DNA from: Pecten maximus
Lineage: Eukaryota
Length of the DNA stretch: 64,000 bases
NCBI RefSeq assembly: GCF_902652985.1
Contig: NC_047033.1
Coordinates: 5,270,001 to 5,334,000, forward strand
Direction of reading: 5' to 3'
In this document: positions 53,820 through 64,000 of the stretch, one piece after another
How the letters are laid out: each line of letters begins with the position of its first letter
Position numbering within the stretch: position 1 is the stretch's first letter
Translations under genes and position numbers: made by a program
Notes under the pieces: model-generated
What the model was told of the DNA's origin: nothing
What the model saw: only the letters and a program-made list of their open reading frames with translations
The model's database searches: none

Positions 53820-55184
53820 GATGGTTTATACAGGTTTCTACACATACACGTCACTATCTCTCGATTCTTTACAGGTAATCGGCCGTGTTTACATTAGGTA
53901 GTCGGTATAATACAACTCGGTAATCAGACCCTTGCCATCGTCCCAATTCTTAACCTGAACTCACGACTAATTTATATCTTTCGCGGCATTGAATTCGGTG
54001 TCACCTTCAAGAAGCCTTTTGTCCTTGTCGAGACGTTTAACACAATTTTAAGCAAACATTGTATTCGGTGAATGTTTTTATCTGAACCAGGTTGAGATTC
54101 TCCCAAATCGTTAGTTATAAAGTAAATAAATGTGATATTGCATATCCTTTTAATATTCACGTGAGTTACAAATGTATACATGTAGGTGCGTGAGAGCGAG
54201 GGTCGATTCAAGGTTATAGTATACATTAACACCTGTACTTTTATATACAAAATCATATTTCTTACATTTTCTCTCAATTCTAAATGCTTACTATGTAGTA
54301 GTAAGTTTACCGAGTGCTCATTGTACACACATATATACAAAGATCACTGACATGTGTGTATGTACCTTCAGTTGACATAGGGAAACATGTCTATATCAAC
54401 CTTTGTGTAAATCTCAGAGTAGATGTAGATATTATGACGTCATGAAAATGGAGACGAGACATTATACTTATAAACTTAAATGAATAAGAATATCAATGGA
54501 AATTAAATATCACGGTAAAGGCTAATAAGCTTGTAATTTTATGAAAACATGAGTTAATTACCTCGGTTATTACAGGTGATGGTTAACCTACGTTTCGCGT
54601 GTCGTCTCCGACGTCCGTGTTCTGAATAGTGTTAATGGCCCCCAAAAGAGGTACATTCATCGAGAATTTGAGAAAATTCAGTTTAACCTGTCATTTTTAA
54701 GATGGTAGTGATAGGTGAAAGGATCCGAATACATTTACACGTAACACGTTTTATGTATAGTTCATACTGGTCATTCTTAAGACACATGAAATGAAGCAAA
54801 CTATTTATAGAACAGAAAACATCAAGGCTATCGTCGTAAGCCCGAAGTCCCAGGACACCTCATGAATATAATTCCAAGCTTTTGTTTATTGTCATATTTG
54901 TCTATTCAAAGGAGTTGAATCAGGAAATTTTCTCCATCTTGAGTTAGGACCTTTCTCTATCTATAATAATATTTATTCCAGCAAAAATATATTTTGTCTT
55001 TTTGAATGGATCATAAATATTTGTATCTGACGCAATGGATAAAATATAGTATCTGGACTTTTAAGGATTCCGGATGACGTTAGAATAATCTCGTTTCTCG
55101 TTTTCAACTTTTAAACCTACTTCAGTAGTGAATGTTACTCATATACCTATATCAACTGAAGTTATCCAGACCGTGCTTCATGAA

Positions 55185-55417
55185 TACTGCATAGTTATAA
55201 AATTTCACGGGACTAATATTTCGCGGTTGTTCTAGTTGAACCTACCTTGCGGGTATTAAATTCGGATTTTCGCTGTCCGTAAACATTCGGCAGTGAACAT
55301 TTATGCAACAGATGTTTGAAAATCTAAATGTGCGGTGGGTTTTTATTTTCGTACTAAATTCAATGACCGCGAATATAGCGAAATTAAATCCCCGTGAATA
55401 TTATCAACTATGCTGCA
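55185..55417. mobile_element. TACTG-type MITE
   Basis: gcatagttataaaatttcacgggactaatatttcgc / gcgaaattaaatccccgtgaatattatcaactatgc. Confidence 0.65.
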
Positions 55418-55848
55418 AGATGTGTAGCAAATGAACTGGCTTTAATAACAACCGGTATTGACTTTGTCGTCATGGTACCCAACGATGTCACCAGTATTAC
55501 AGGTACACAAACATTTTTAAGGTTAACTTTGAGAGCAAAGTGTGGTTTATTCACTGTCCAAGCAACGCTTTCCGTCTTTCTGTATAATAGTGTGTACGTG
55601 GATATAAAATCCAAGTCAATCTGTTTCAACGATTCAATGAGGACCCCAAGTGATAATATGGGATAATAAGTAAATTTTAAGGAATCTAGCAAGAAGATGT
55701 GACATGAAATACTATTTTATTTACCATTTTTACGGTCAATATTTTCAGCACGGTAATATTTCGGTACAACCTTTGTAATGTTGCCCTGTAGGAAACATTT
55801 TACTAAGTAAGATGTACACAATTTCATTACGTCATCATTAGCATGACA

Positions 55849-56415
55849 TCATTGCTTTCCTACACCGTATCCTGCTCCGTATATCACAAAACAGTACAGA
55901 CAGTATACACAAGTGAGCAAGGTCGGTAACATTGAGGAGGAAAATCCATAACATCTAACCATTGGCTCTTTTTCGTACCCAACCTTGAACGCAATCCGTG
56001 CAACGACAAATAAAACCACAAGTAATGGTATCACCTTCATCGTTTCGGATGTAAGGTAAGTACATAAGATCATTTGGGCGACAAAATGAAGTAAGTATTG
56101 CTCTAGAGTATTTTGAAGGATATTTCTTGCAAGCTGAGTAAGCTGTACGCCTCGACTATTCATCGGATCTGCCGCGCAGTCATTTTTCTCCCGAATGTAC
56201 ATCACACCTCGCATTCCCATGAATAAAACAAAGGCTCCACATATTTGCCATCGTAATGTGAAAACGAGTCTGTCGAGGACGGAATCCATAACCGGAAGTT
56301 GGAACGGGAAGAATTTGTAACCAAAGGAGAAGTAGAGTGTAGACATTCCCAAACCAGTTCCGACTCGGAAATACCAGTCTGATGATCGGCGTTTGGTCCA
56401 ATCAGAGGATGTCAT
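55849..56415 (-). CDS. MAPEG/TMEM79-like membrane protein, paralog 4 (most divergent)
   Basis: Same motifs (LQNTLEQY, FVVARIAFKVGY); first ATG at 56415 (the track ORF starts at a TTG, 56433); acceptor at ~56437. Confidence 0.88.
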   Translation of the reverse strand: MTSSDWTKRRSSDWYFRVGTGLGMSTLYFSFGYKFFPFQLPVMDSVLDRLVFTLRWQICGAFVLFMGMRGVMYIREKNDCAADPMNSRGVQLTQLARNILQNTLEQYLLHFVAQMILCTYLTSETMKVIPLLVVLFVVARIAFKVGYEKEPMVRCYGFSSSMLPTLLTCVYCLYCFVIYGAGYGVGKQ

Positions 56416-58424
56416 ATCATTAACTGTTGTCAATTTCCTGTAAAGACAAAAGAAAGAAAGAACGATTTAAAATATTTCTGTTAACGATATACATGTATTC
56501 ATCTTAATGTAAAACCAACCATGCTGTCTCATCATAAAGCTGTACAATCTAGCTCGGATCAAAGTATCAAAGCGTTTGCGATAAATTTGATGGCGGTTAT
56601 ATCAACATTTGGTAAAATGATACGCCCTCTCTGACATAATCAACATATTGAGACAGCATTGCGGACGCGGCATCGAGGACGTATCTTCTGCGGTCCTTTA
56701 CTCAGGAACATATAGACGACATTTGGACACAAGGTAATTATCTATTCTATGTGTAGAATATAATTATAATAGTCGCAACTCCTTATTCATGGTAGGAACC
56801 GTAAAACTCGTTATAATTGTCATTGTATACTTAGGCCAGTTTTCTGTATATTTCAGGGGGTTTTCTTATTCTATCAGCAGCAGTGAATGTCATCTTATTA
56901 TTCATTTGGGCTGTGACATGTATCATTCATGCAGATTTCCCTATTTGAAATCAGGTAAGCATGTAAGCCAATAAAGGACATTTTAAATTATAACTGACGT
57001 TGTATACATTTTATTTTGCCGACCCAATCGCAGAAACATCCTTCCGATTTCTTCATTTTGTGTTAGCATGAATGTATCGAGGTGAAACAATTCAGAACAA
57101 ATTGAGTGTAAGATGCAGTAGATACCGAATTCTATCATTCATCACACGTCAGTGATGCTGAGGACCTTTAAAGCGCTAATACATTGGAAGCAACTAGGAA
57201 TACTCAAAACAGTTCATATATAGATTGGGGGAGGGATGCCGTTGCCTCATTATTGAAACATATTTGTTAGGTAAACTGGTAGCATATATAGTGTTATTTT
57301 TACATGGATGATACCGTTAGTTCCGGTTGGACACAATGCTGCTGGTTTAAATACACGCGAACAGGAACGCATGTATTCCAGTACAAAACGAACACACTTT
57401 TATTGACTTCACATCGGAGAGCTCTGCACAAGGCAGTTACATATCACATATTATATAATGTACGAGTTATGTCCCTTGACTTTCTACATAATCTGTGTGG
57501 ATTTGAAATGAGCCTATAAAGACAAACAAACTGTGAATTCCCGATGACCTGTTCTTTATAATAAAACAATCGACGAAGGCTTGCCGAAAGAAAAACAGTT
57601 TTACACCATAGTAACCGTGTGATTAAAAATATAAAACTTACCTTCGTTGTTGTAAACGAGGATACTGTCGATTTATTTCTGGACTTTCAAAGTAGCTACG
57701 ACACTTGTGTACTTACACTTGTGTACTTACGTGTGTGGTACCAGACCCCGGCCAGTCAAGATATTTATCGATCAATTGTGTCTATATTTAGCCACAGGGG
57801 AAGGACGTCACACGTTTCAGCCAGGTGCTACATACACATACAGTACATTTTGCTATAGTTTAAGATGGGGAGGGTAGATGTCAATGCAGTTCCTTAACGT
57901 GTAAAATTCTCTTGTTTTTTTGCAATTGGGCTATTTAAAACACCTTTAAACGAAATCAATTTATGTGTAAATTATGTGCTAATGATATAGAAATATATCA
58001 AAATTTAATCTCTATTAATTATAATCTCTATCATAGTGGTTTAAATATACTCATGTTTATCATAAATGTCTTACAACAGCGCCATCAATGTTTATTACAC
58101 CAATACAATATACTGTGTAAATGATCAGCAAAATATGAAAACAAATTATCTTCCAAGATCAAACTCAACTATTACAAATCCATGTATGTAGTTTGTATAT
58201 GGTTTGTATTAAATAATGATGGACTTCCTTTAATGCTCGACCTGGATATCATATCTCTATACCACACGTAAGACGGCGATAAGGAGCCTACCGTTTCATA
58301 GAGCCATTGGAGTGGACAGGTCAGATAGGTGTTTTTCATCATTCCCTTTTGAAAGGTAAATATTTGTTCATTGACCAAAGTTTTAGTGAACCTTCCTTGT
58401 GATTTGTTTTACTATTATCACATA

Positions 58425-58850
58425 TTATATAAATAGTGCCCTTGTCTGAGGGGAATATGGAGGATTGTTTCCCCGAGGGAACATTATCTTCCCGAGCCGA
58501 TAGGCGAGGGAAGATAATGTTCTCGAGGGGAAACAATCCTCCATATTCCCCTCAGACATGGGCACTATTTATTTTATTATACCGAATAGAAAAATTTTCT
58601 AGTGAAAAAATCTGTTTTATCTGGTACAGTTCTCTTGATGTAAAACTACACTGTTGCGTTTGTAAGAATTGTCTCCCTTCTCAATGTTCGGGATTTTCCG
58701 TAAAAAACAATCGTGCGTTTTCGGGCGGAGCGGGGAACATTGCAATATCCCACGGCAATGTTGACCGCTGTTTCTGACACTGCATATTGTTTCAGGTCAT
58801 GTGATTAGGAATTGACCAATAATAAGGCGAGAATCTTACATAAGGTATAA
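58425..58850. mobile_element. Complete non-autonomous Crypton-like element with a near-perfect terminal fold-back
   Basis: TA|TTATAT...hairpin 58430-58571...TTTTATTATACCGAA...TCATGTGA..CCAAT..AGGTATAA|TA; same architecture as 23797-24475 in the opposite orientation. Confidence 0.85.
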
Positions 58851-59339
58851 TAATATTACATATATCACTATTGTCCTGTCTTAAATACACGTTTCACAGA
58901 ATACCCGGATGTATGAGACACGATTACCAAATGTTCTATGTACACATTCAGATTTCAAAATAAGAAACGATATAAATCTAAATCTAAACAAGCAATAACA
59001 TGATAATAAATGTCTGTTGTTTCAGTTTTCGTTGTTTTTCTTTTTTCTTTTCAGAAATGCTATTCATTTTGTATTTGATTAGAAACGCCTATATCATTCA
59101 ATGACATCAGTACATGGTATTGGTTATGACGTTTTATGCATTTTGGGGTCAATCGGGTTCATTTTTGTAAGAAACAATCGTCATCCGGTAGAAAAGACAG
59201 AGACGTTTCCTGGTCAACATCCAGATTTGATTTTCGTTGCCAGTACTTAATTCTCATTTTGAGAATCTTGCCTTCCCTTGGTTTATAATTTGACCTTGAT
59301 TTCGAAGATGATAAAGATGAAGTTTCCACTTCAGGAAAC

Positions 59340-59680
59340 TATTTTCTCTTACCCTTGATAGGGATATCCACAACTTAACCGGTGTGAGATTTTCTTACCT
59401 CAATAATTGTTTGACGTCTGGACGACAATGCAATGACGTCAGGCCATGTAAACATGGTCTTGAATATGTGAGGGTAAATAGGGTAAGAAGAAAAATAACC
59501 ATTAACCCGCTTGGGAGTGTGATAGTGGGTTTCAACCCAGAGGGTAAGATTTTGTTTAAAGCTGCTTAACCCTCGACAAGCCTCGTGTTTGGCAAACCTA
59601 AGAATCTCTCCCCCCCCCCCCCCCCCCACTGGTTGGGATCCCCCTGTCTCACACCTAAGGGTTGAAGGATTATCTTAATC
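59340..59680. mobile_element. Hairpin-ended element, family 2
   Basis: Terminal tattttctcttaccct and its inverted partner agggtaagaagaaaaata, then a fold-back whose apex on the minus strand reads aaacacGAggcTTgtcGAgggtt; homologous to 16205-16630. Confidence 0.75.
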
Positions 59681-60040
59681 TCATTTCGCTCTACCTGATG
59701 TTTTGTTATAGATTCTACACCACAGACAGGGTATATAATAAACATGCCTCCAATGACTATCACTTTATAGATATATACGTATTTAACAACAACAAACGGT
59801 AAGAATAAGATAGATTATCATATTAAAAGGTGCGTAAATGATTAAGAGGCATATAGTACGATACAATTTATGGAAGGTGGCAACAACATTAATTATGTTA
59901 CTTTTGGTACTCTATCAAACTATACAACACAGGTTTCTCGAATTGTCAATCCTTCATCAGTACCCCTTGTCGGAGATAAAGTACCTTATCAAGATCCTTT
60001 ATGCAAAATTGTTTATTTTGTTTTTTGTTTTACAGACACA

Positions 60041-60259
60041 ATGATGTTTCGTGCTCTACTGTTGACTTTTGGTGCAGGTCTACTTCCGGTCCTGGCTACA
60101 AAGGATGTCTGTCTATGTACAAACACTGACGTAATTTTACGACAAACACCGAATCCCACAGCTCCTATAGCTGGAAGACTAGCTTCTGGATTATGTCTTA
60201 ATGCATCTCAGTATGAACGAAAGGGCCAATGGCTGGAGATAGGTGGAAAGGGGTTACAG
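60041..60259 (+). CDS. Secreted protein, coding exon 1: signal peptide plus SH3b-like domain
   Basis: Polypyrimidine tract and tacag acceptor (60035); MMFRALLLTFGAGLLPVLA hydrophobic signal; CLCTNTDVILRQTP...IAGRLASGLC...WLEI resembles an SH3b pattern; GTAGG donor, phase 0. Confidence 0.75.
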
Positions 60260-60404
60260 GTAGGGAATCTATATAAAAAAAACATCAACACTCAATTGCT
60301 AGATACTGAATGACGTTTAAATATATATAAAAAAAAATGATACTGATTAAGGTATATAATAATACACTTTTGTAATATACGATCGGAAAATGATCAATTA
60401 ATCC

Positions 60405-62632
60405 AGTGAAATACCATCAAACACCATCAAATATCACCAAATATTGCAAAGTAACCATCAAATAAATAACACTGGTAAACCCGAATTACCACCAATTATA
60501 ACCATCAGTAACCGTCAAATAACTACCAATAACCTCAAATAACTTCTAAATAACCCCCATTAAATACCAAATAACTACGAGCAATCGCCAAAAATACATG
60601 TACTACAAATAACCTCCAAATAACCAGCAGTAACCACCAAATAACGACCATTAACCACCAAATAACCTCTGTTAACCACCTAACTACCAATGTAACCACC
60701 AAATAACCAATGTAATCCACCAAAGTAACCTCCCAAAAACCACCATTAACGACCGAATAACCACTATTTACCACCAAATTACCATGTAACCACCAAACAA
60801 ACACAAATAACCACCAAATAATCTCCAAATATCCACCGGTAACCGATTCATAACTGCGGATAACCGCCAAACAACCACAATTATCTAGCATTTACCATCA
60901 AATAATCACCAGTAACCTCAAAATAACCACCATTTACCATCAAATACACACCAGTAACCACCAAATTAACCTCAGTAGCCACCACATTGCCAATGTTACA
61001 ACCAAATAACCATCAGTAACCTCCAAATAACCACCAAATAACCACCATTAACCACCAAATAACTGTCTGCGACCACCAAACAACCACAAATAACCACCAA
61101 ATGAAAACCATTAACCACCAAATAATCACCAGTTACCACCACATTGCCTAGGTTACCATCAAATAACCACCAGTAACATCCCAATAACCACCACCAACCA
61201 CGAAATCACCACCAGTAACCACGAAATAACCACGAAATAACCACCAGTAACCACGAAATAACCATTAAATAACCACCAGTAACCACCAGTAACCACCAAA
61301 TAACCACCAAATAACCACCAGTTATCACCAAAAAACCACCAGTAACCACGAAATAACCACGAAATAACCACCAGTAACCACGAAATAACCACCAAATAAC
61401 CACCAAATAAACACCAGTAACCACGAAATAACCACAAAATAACCACCAGTAACCACCAAATAACCACCAAATAACCACCAGTTATCACCAAAAAACCACC
61501 AGAAACCACGAAATAACCACGAAATAACCACCAAATAACCACCAAATAACACGAAATAACCACCAGTAACCACCAAATAACCAACAAATAACCACCAGTT
61601 ATCACCAAATGACCACCACATAACCACCAGTTATCACCAAATGACCACCACATAACCACCAGTTATCACCAAATAACTGTCTGTGACCACCAAACAACCA
61701 CAAATAACCACCAAATAACCACCAGTTATCACCAAAAAACCACTAGTAACCACGAAATAACTACGAAATAACCAACAAATAACCACCAGTAACCACGAAC
61801 TAACCACCAGTAACCACCAAATAACCACCAGTAGCCACCAGTAACCACCAAATAACCACCAAATAACCACCAGTAACCACCAAATAACCACCAAATAACC
61901 ACCAGTAACCACCAAATAACCACCAAATAACCACCAGTAACCACCAAATAACCACCAAATAACCACCAGTTATCACCAAAAAACCACCAGTAACCACGAA
62001 ATAACCACGAAATAACCACCAGTTATCACCAAAAAAACACCAGTAACCACGAAATAACCACGAAATAACCACCAGTTATCACCAAAAAACCACCAGTAAC
62101 CACGAAATAACCATGAAATAACCACCTTTCACCAACAAATAACCATCAGTATCCATCAAATAACCATTAGTTACCTCAAAATAACCACCAGTTTACCAAT
62201 GTTACCACCATATAACCATCAGTTACCACTACATACCTTCAGTAACCAGCACATTACCAGGGGGCACGATGGTCGAGTGGTTAAGGTGTACCGACACTTT
62301 ATCACTAGCCCTCCACTTCTGGGTAGCGAGTTCGAAACCTACGTGGGGCAGTTGCCAGGTACTGACCGTAGGCCGGTGGTTTTTCTCCGGGTACTCCGGC
62401 TTTCCTCCACCTCCAAAACCTGGCACGTCCTTAAATGACCCTGGCTGTTAATAGGACGTTAAACAAACTAAACCAAACCACATTACCAATGTTACCACCA
62501 AATAACCATCAGTAACATCCAAATAACCACCAGTAACCTCCAAATAACCACCAGTAACCTCCAAATAACCATCAGTAACCTCCAAATAACCACCAAATAA
62601 CCACCATTAATCACCAAATAACCACCAGTAAT
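60405..62632. repeat. Low-complexity 10/11-bp satellite (TAACCACCAG / TAACCACCAAA) in an intron
   Basis: Direct repetition; explains all WWLLVVI / GGYLVV ORFs. Confidence 0.95.
62260..62478 (+). mobile_element. SINE family 1, full length, inserted in the satellite
   Basis: A and B boxes, (AAACC)n tail, 10-bp TSD CACATTACCA (62250-59 / 62479-88). Confidence 0.92.
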
Positions 62633-62991
62633 CTAATTGAATACTTACGAGAGTACAAAAATACAACTTTCTGAGTATTAATTGAGTTGATGTTTGTCAA
62701 CGTTAGAAAGTCAAATACCACTAATTACTATCCAAAACTGACAATTCATGAAACGTGCTCAGCTATTACGAGTTAGTGTTAATCCTCACAATTACGATAG
62801 AAGGGGGATACTTCACTTAATACAACACAATGATTCTAATGTGTAAGCATTACTGTGTTGATTACTATAGATTCAAGTTCAAACCCGATCAATAGCATTA
62901 ATTAATATGTGTTAGAAACAAACAATGTTATAAGCCGTTTATAAAACTGAACTGAAGGTTGTGTATTTCAAATGCTTATCTTTGATTTAAG

Positions 62992-63040
62992 TCCGGCTAC
63001 CTCTTTGAATCAGACGACGTTCGCCAAAGGAGTTGTCCAG
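62992..63040 (+). CDS. Secreted SH3b-like protein, probable coding exon 2
   Basis: ttaag acceptor; in-frame SGYLFESDDVRQRSCP supplies the G-Y/W strand of SH3b and a fourth Cys; GTATT donor. Confidence 0.6.
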
Positions 63041-63400
63041 GTATTGTAAAGTTAAGTGTATACATATTATAATTTAATTTTGTATGAAACACGCATTTTC
63101 ATTGGCTGAAATAATTTTGTTATACCTCCATAACAAAATTTTTGACGTCGCGAAATGTAACGTCATTTTTGATTGGCTGATGACGTTGCGTAATAATTTC
63201 TCACAGAAAAGAGGTCGCAAAAGAAAGTGAAATATCTTGGTGTGTATAAGACGAAATTAAATTATAAGAGTACACTCCAGGTTTTTCTGTTATGACTGTA
63301 TAACAGAAAAAAATAATTGATGTTAATCCTTAAACAATTAATGTATAGGCATCTTTGTAAGGTATAATCCGGATAGTATCACTTATTATATCATAATACA

Positions 63401-63950
63401 GTTTTCATATACGAAATTTATTTCTATGAAATGCCATTGTTTTTCGGTATGTAGCTATATTTGTTAAGTATTGTGGTACATTGATATAACATTTCTCGCT
63501 AAAGATATTATCCTAAAGTTTTCAAACACGAAATTTATTTCTATGAAATGCCATAGTTTTTCGGTATGTAGCTATATTTGTTAAAGATTGTGGTATATTG
63601 ATATAACATTTCTCGCTAAAGATATTATCCTAAAGTTTTCATACACGAAATTTATTTCTATGAAATGCCATTGTTTTTCGGTATGTAGCTATATATGTTA
63701 ATTGTTGCGTTGTATTGAAATTTTCCTTCTATAAAGATATTATCATAGTCTTCATATACGTAATATATCTGTATGGAATACCATTGTTAAATGTAAATAG
63801 CTAAATCTGTTATGTATTACGGTATATTGTAATAAAATTATCTATCTGCAAAGATATTATTATATAGTTTTCATATACGTAATTCATCTCTATGGAATAT
63901 CATTGTTCATCGGTATACAGCTATATTTGTTAGTTATTGGGGTATATTAT
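63401..63950. repeat. 117-bp tandem repeat, ~4.7 copies, decaying rightwards
   Basis: gttttca.a.acgaaatttatttctatgaaatgcca starts at 63401, 63518, 63635 and so on. Confidence 0.9.
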
Positions 63951-64000
63951 AAACCCCTTTTTAATGAAGGTACTGAACACAGTTTGTATAAATTTAACAA

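Noticed and set aside
60535-62072. Hydrophobic W/V/G-rich ORFs on the minus strand
   Set aside because: Translation of a 10/11-bp intronic satellite.

Overview
AT-rich, intron-containing animal genomic DNA. The repeat repertoire (V-domain-like tRNA SINEs, HINE-type elements, Penelope/Tc1/CR1-L2 relics, a tRNA-bearing mini-LTR element) suggests a bivalve mollusc; this is inference. Host genes: a two-coding-exon PLAC8/cornifelin-family gene (8740-12815, +); a GT31 beta-1,3-glycosyltransferase (26892-28038, -) whose transmembrane-anchor frame is separated from the catalytic frame by an apparent 1-nt frameshift; a tandem array of four MAPEG/TMEM79-like genes (38775-56415, -), the third broken by a Kolobok-type MITE; and the first coding exons of a secreted protein with an SH3b-like domain (60041-63040, +). 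Most other ORFs in the track are artefacts of stop-free satellites or repeats. The most striking unexplained structure is a set of about nine short Crypton-like (tyrosine-recombinase-related) elements, each with a terminal fold-back of about 70-200 bp. Their arm sequences differ between copies, yet the best-preserved copies keep tandem G.A/A.G mismatches 17 nt apart and a GNA/GNNA-type apical loop. In the two copies with an ORF remnant these features lie on the strand antisense to the ORF. This looks like a folded single-stranded-DNA recombination site, conceptually like integron attC. All coordinates and alignments were read by eye; no searches were run.
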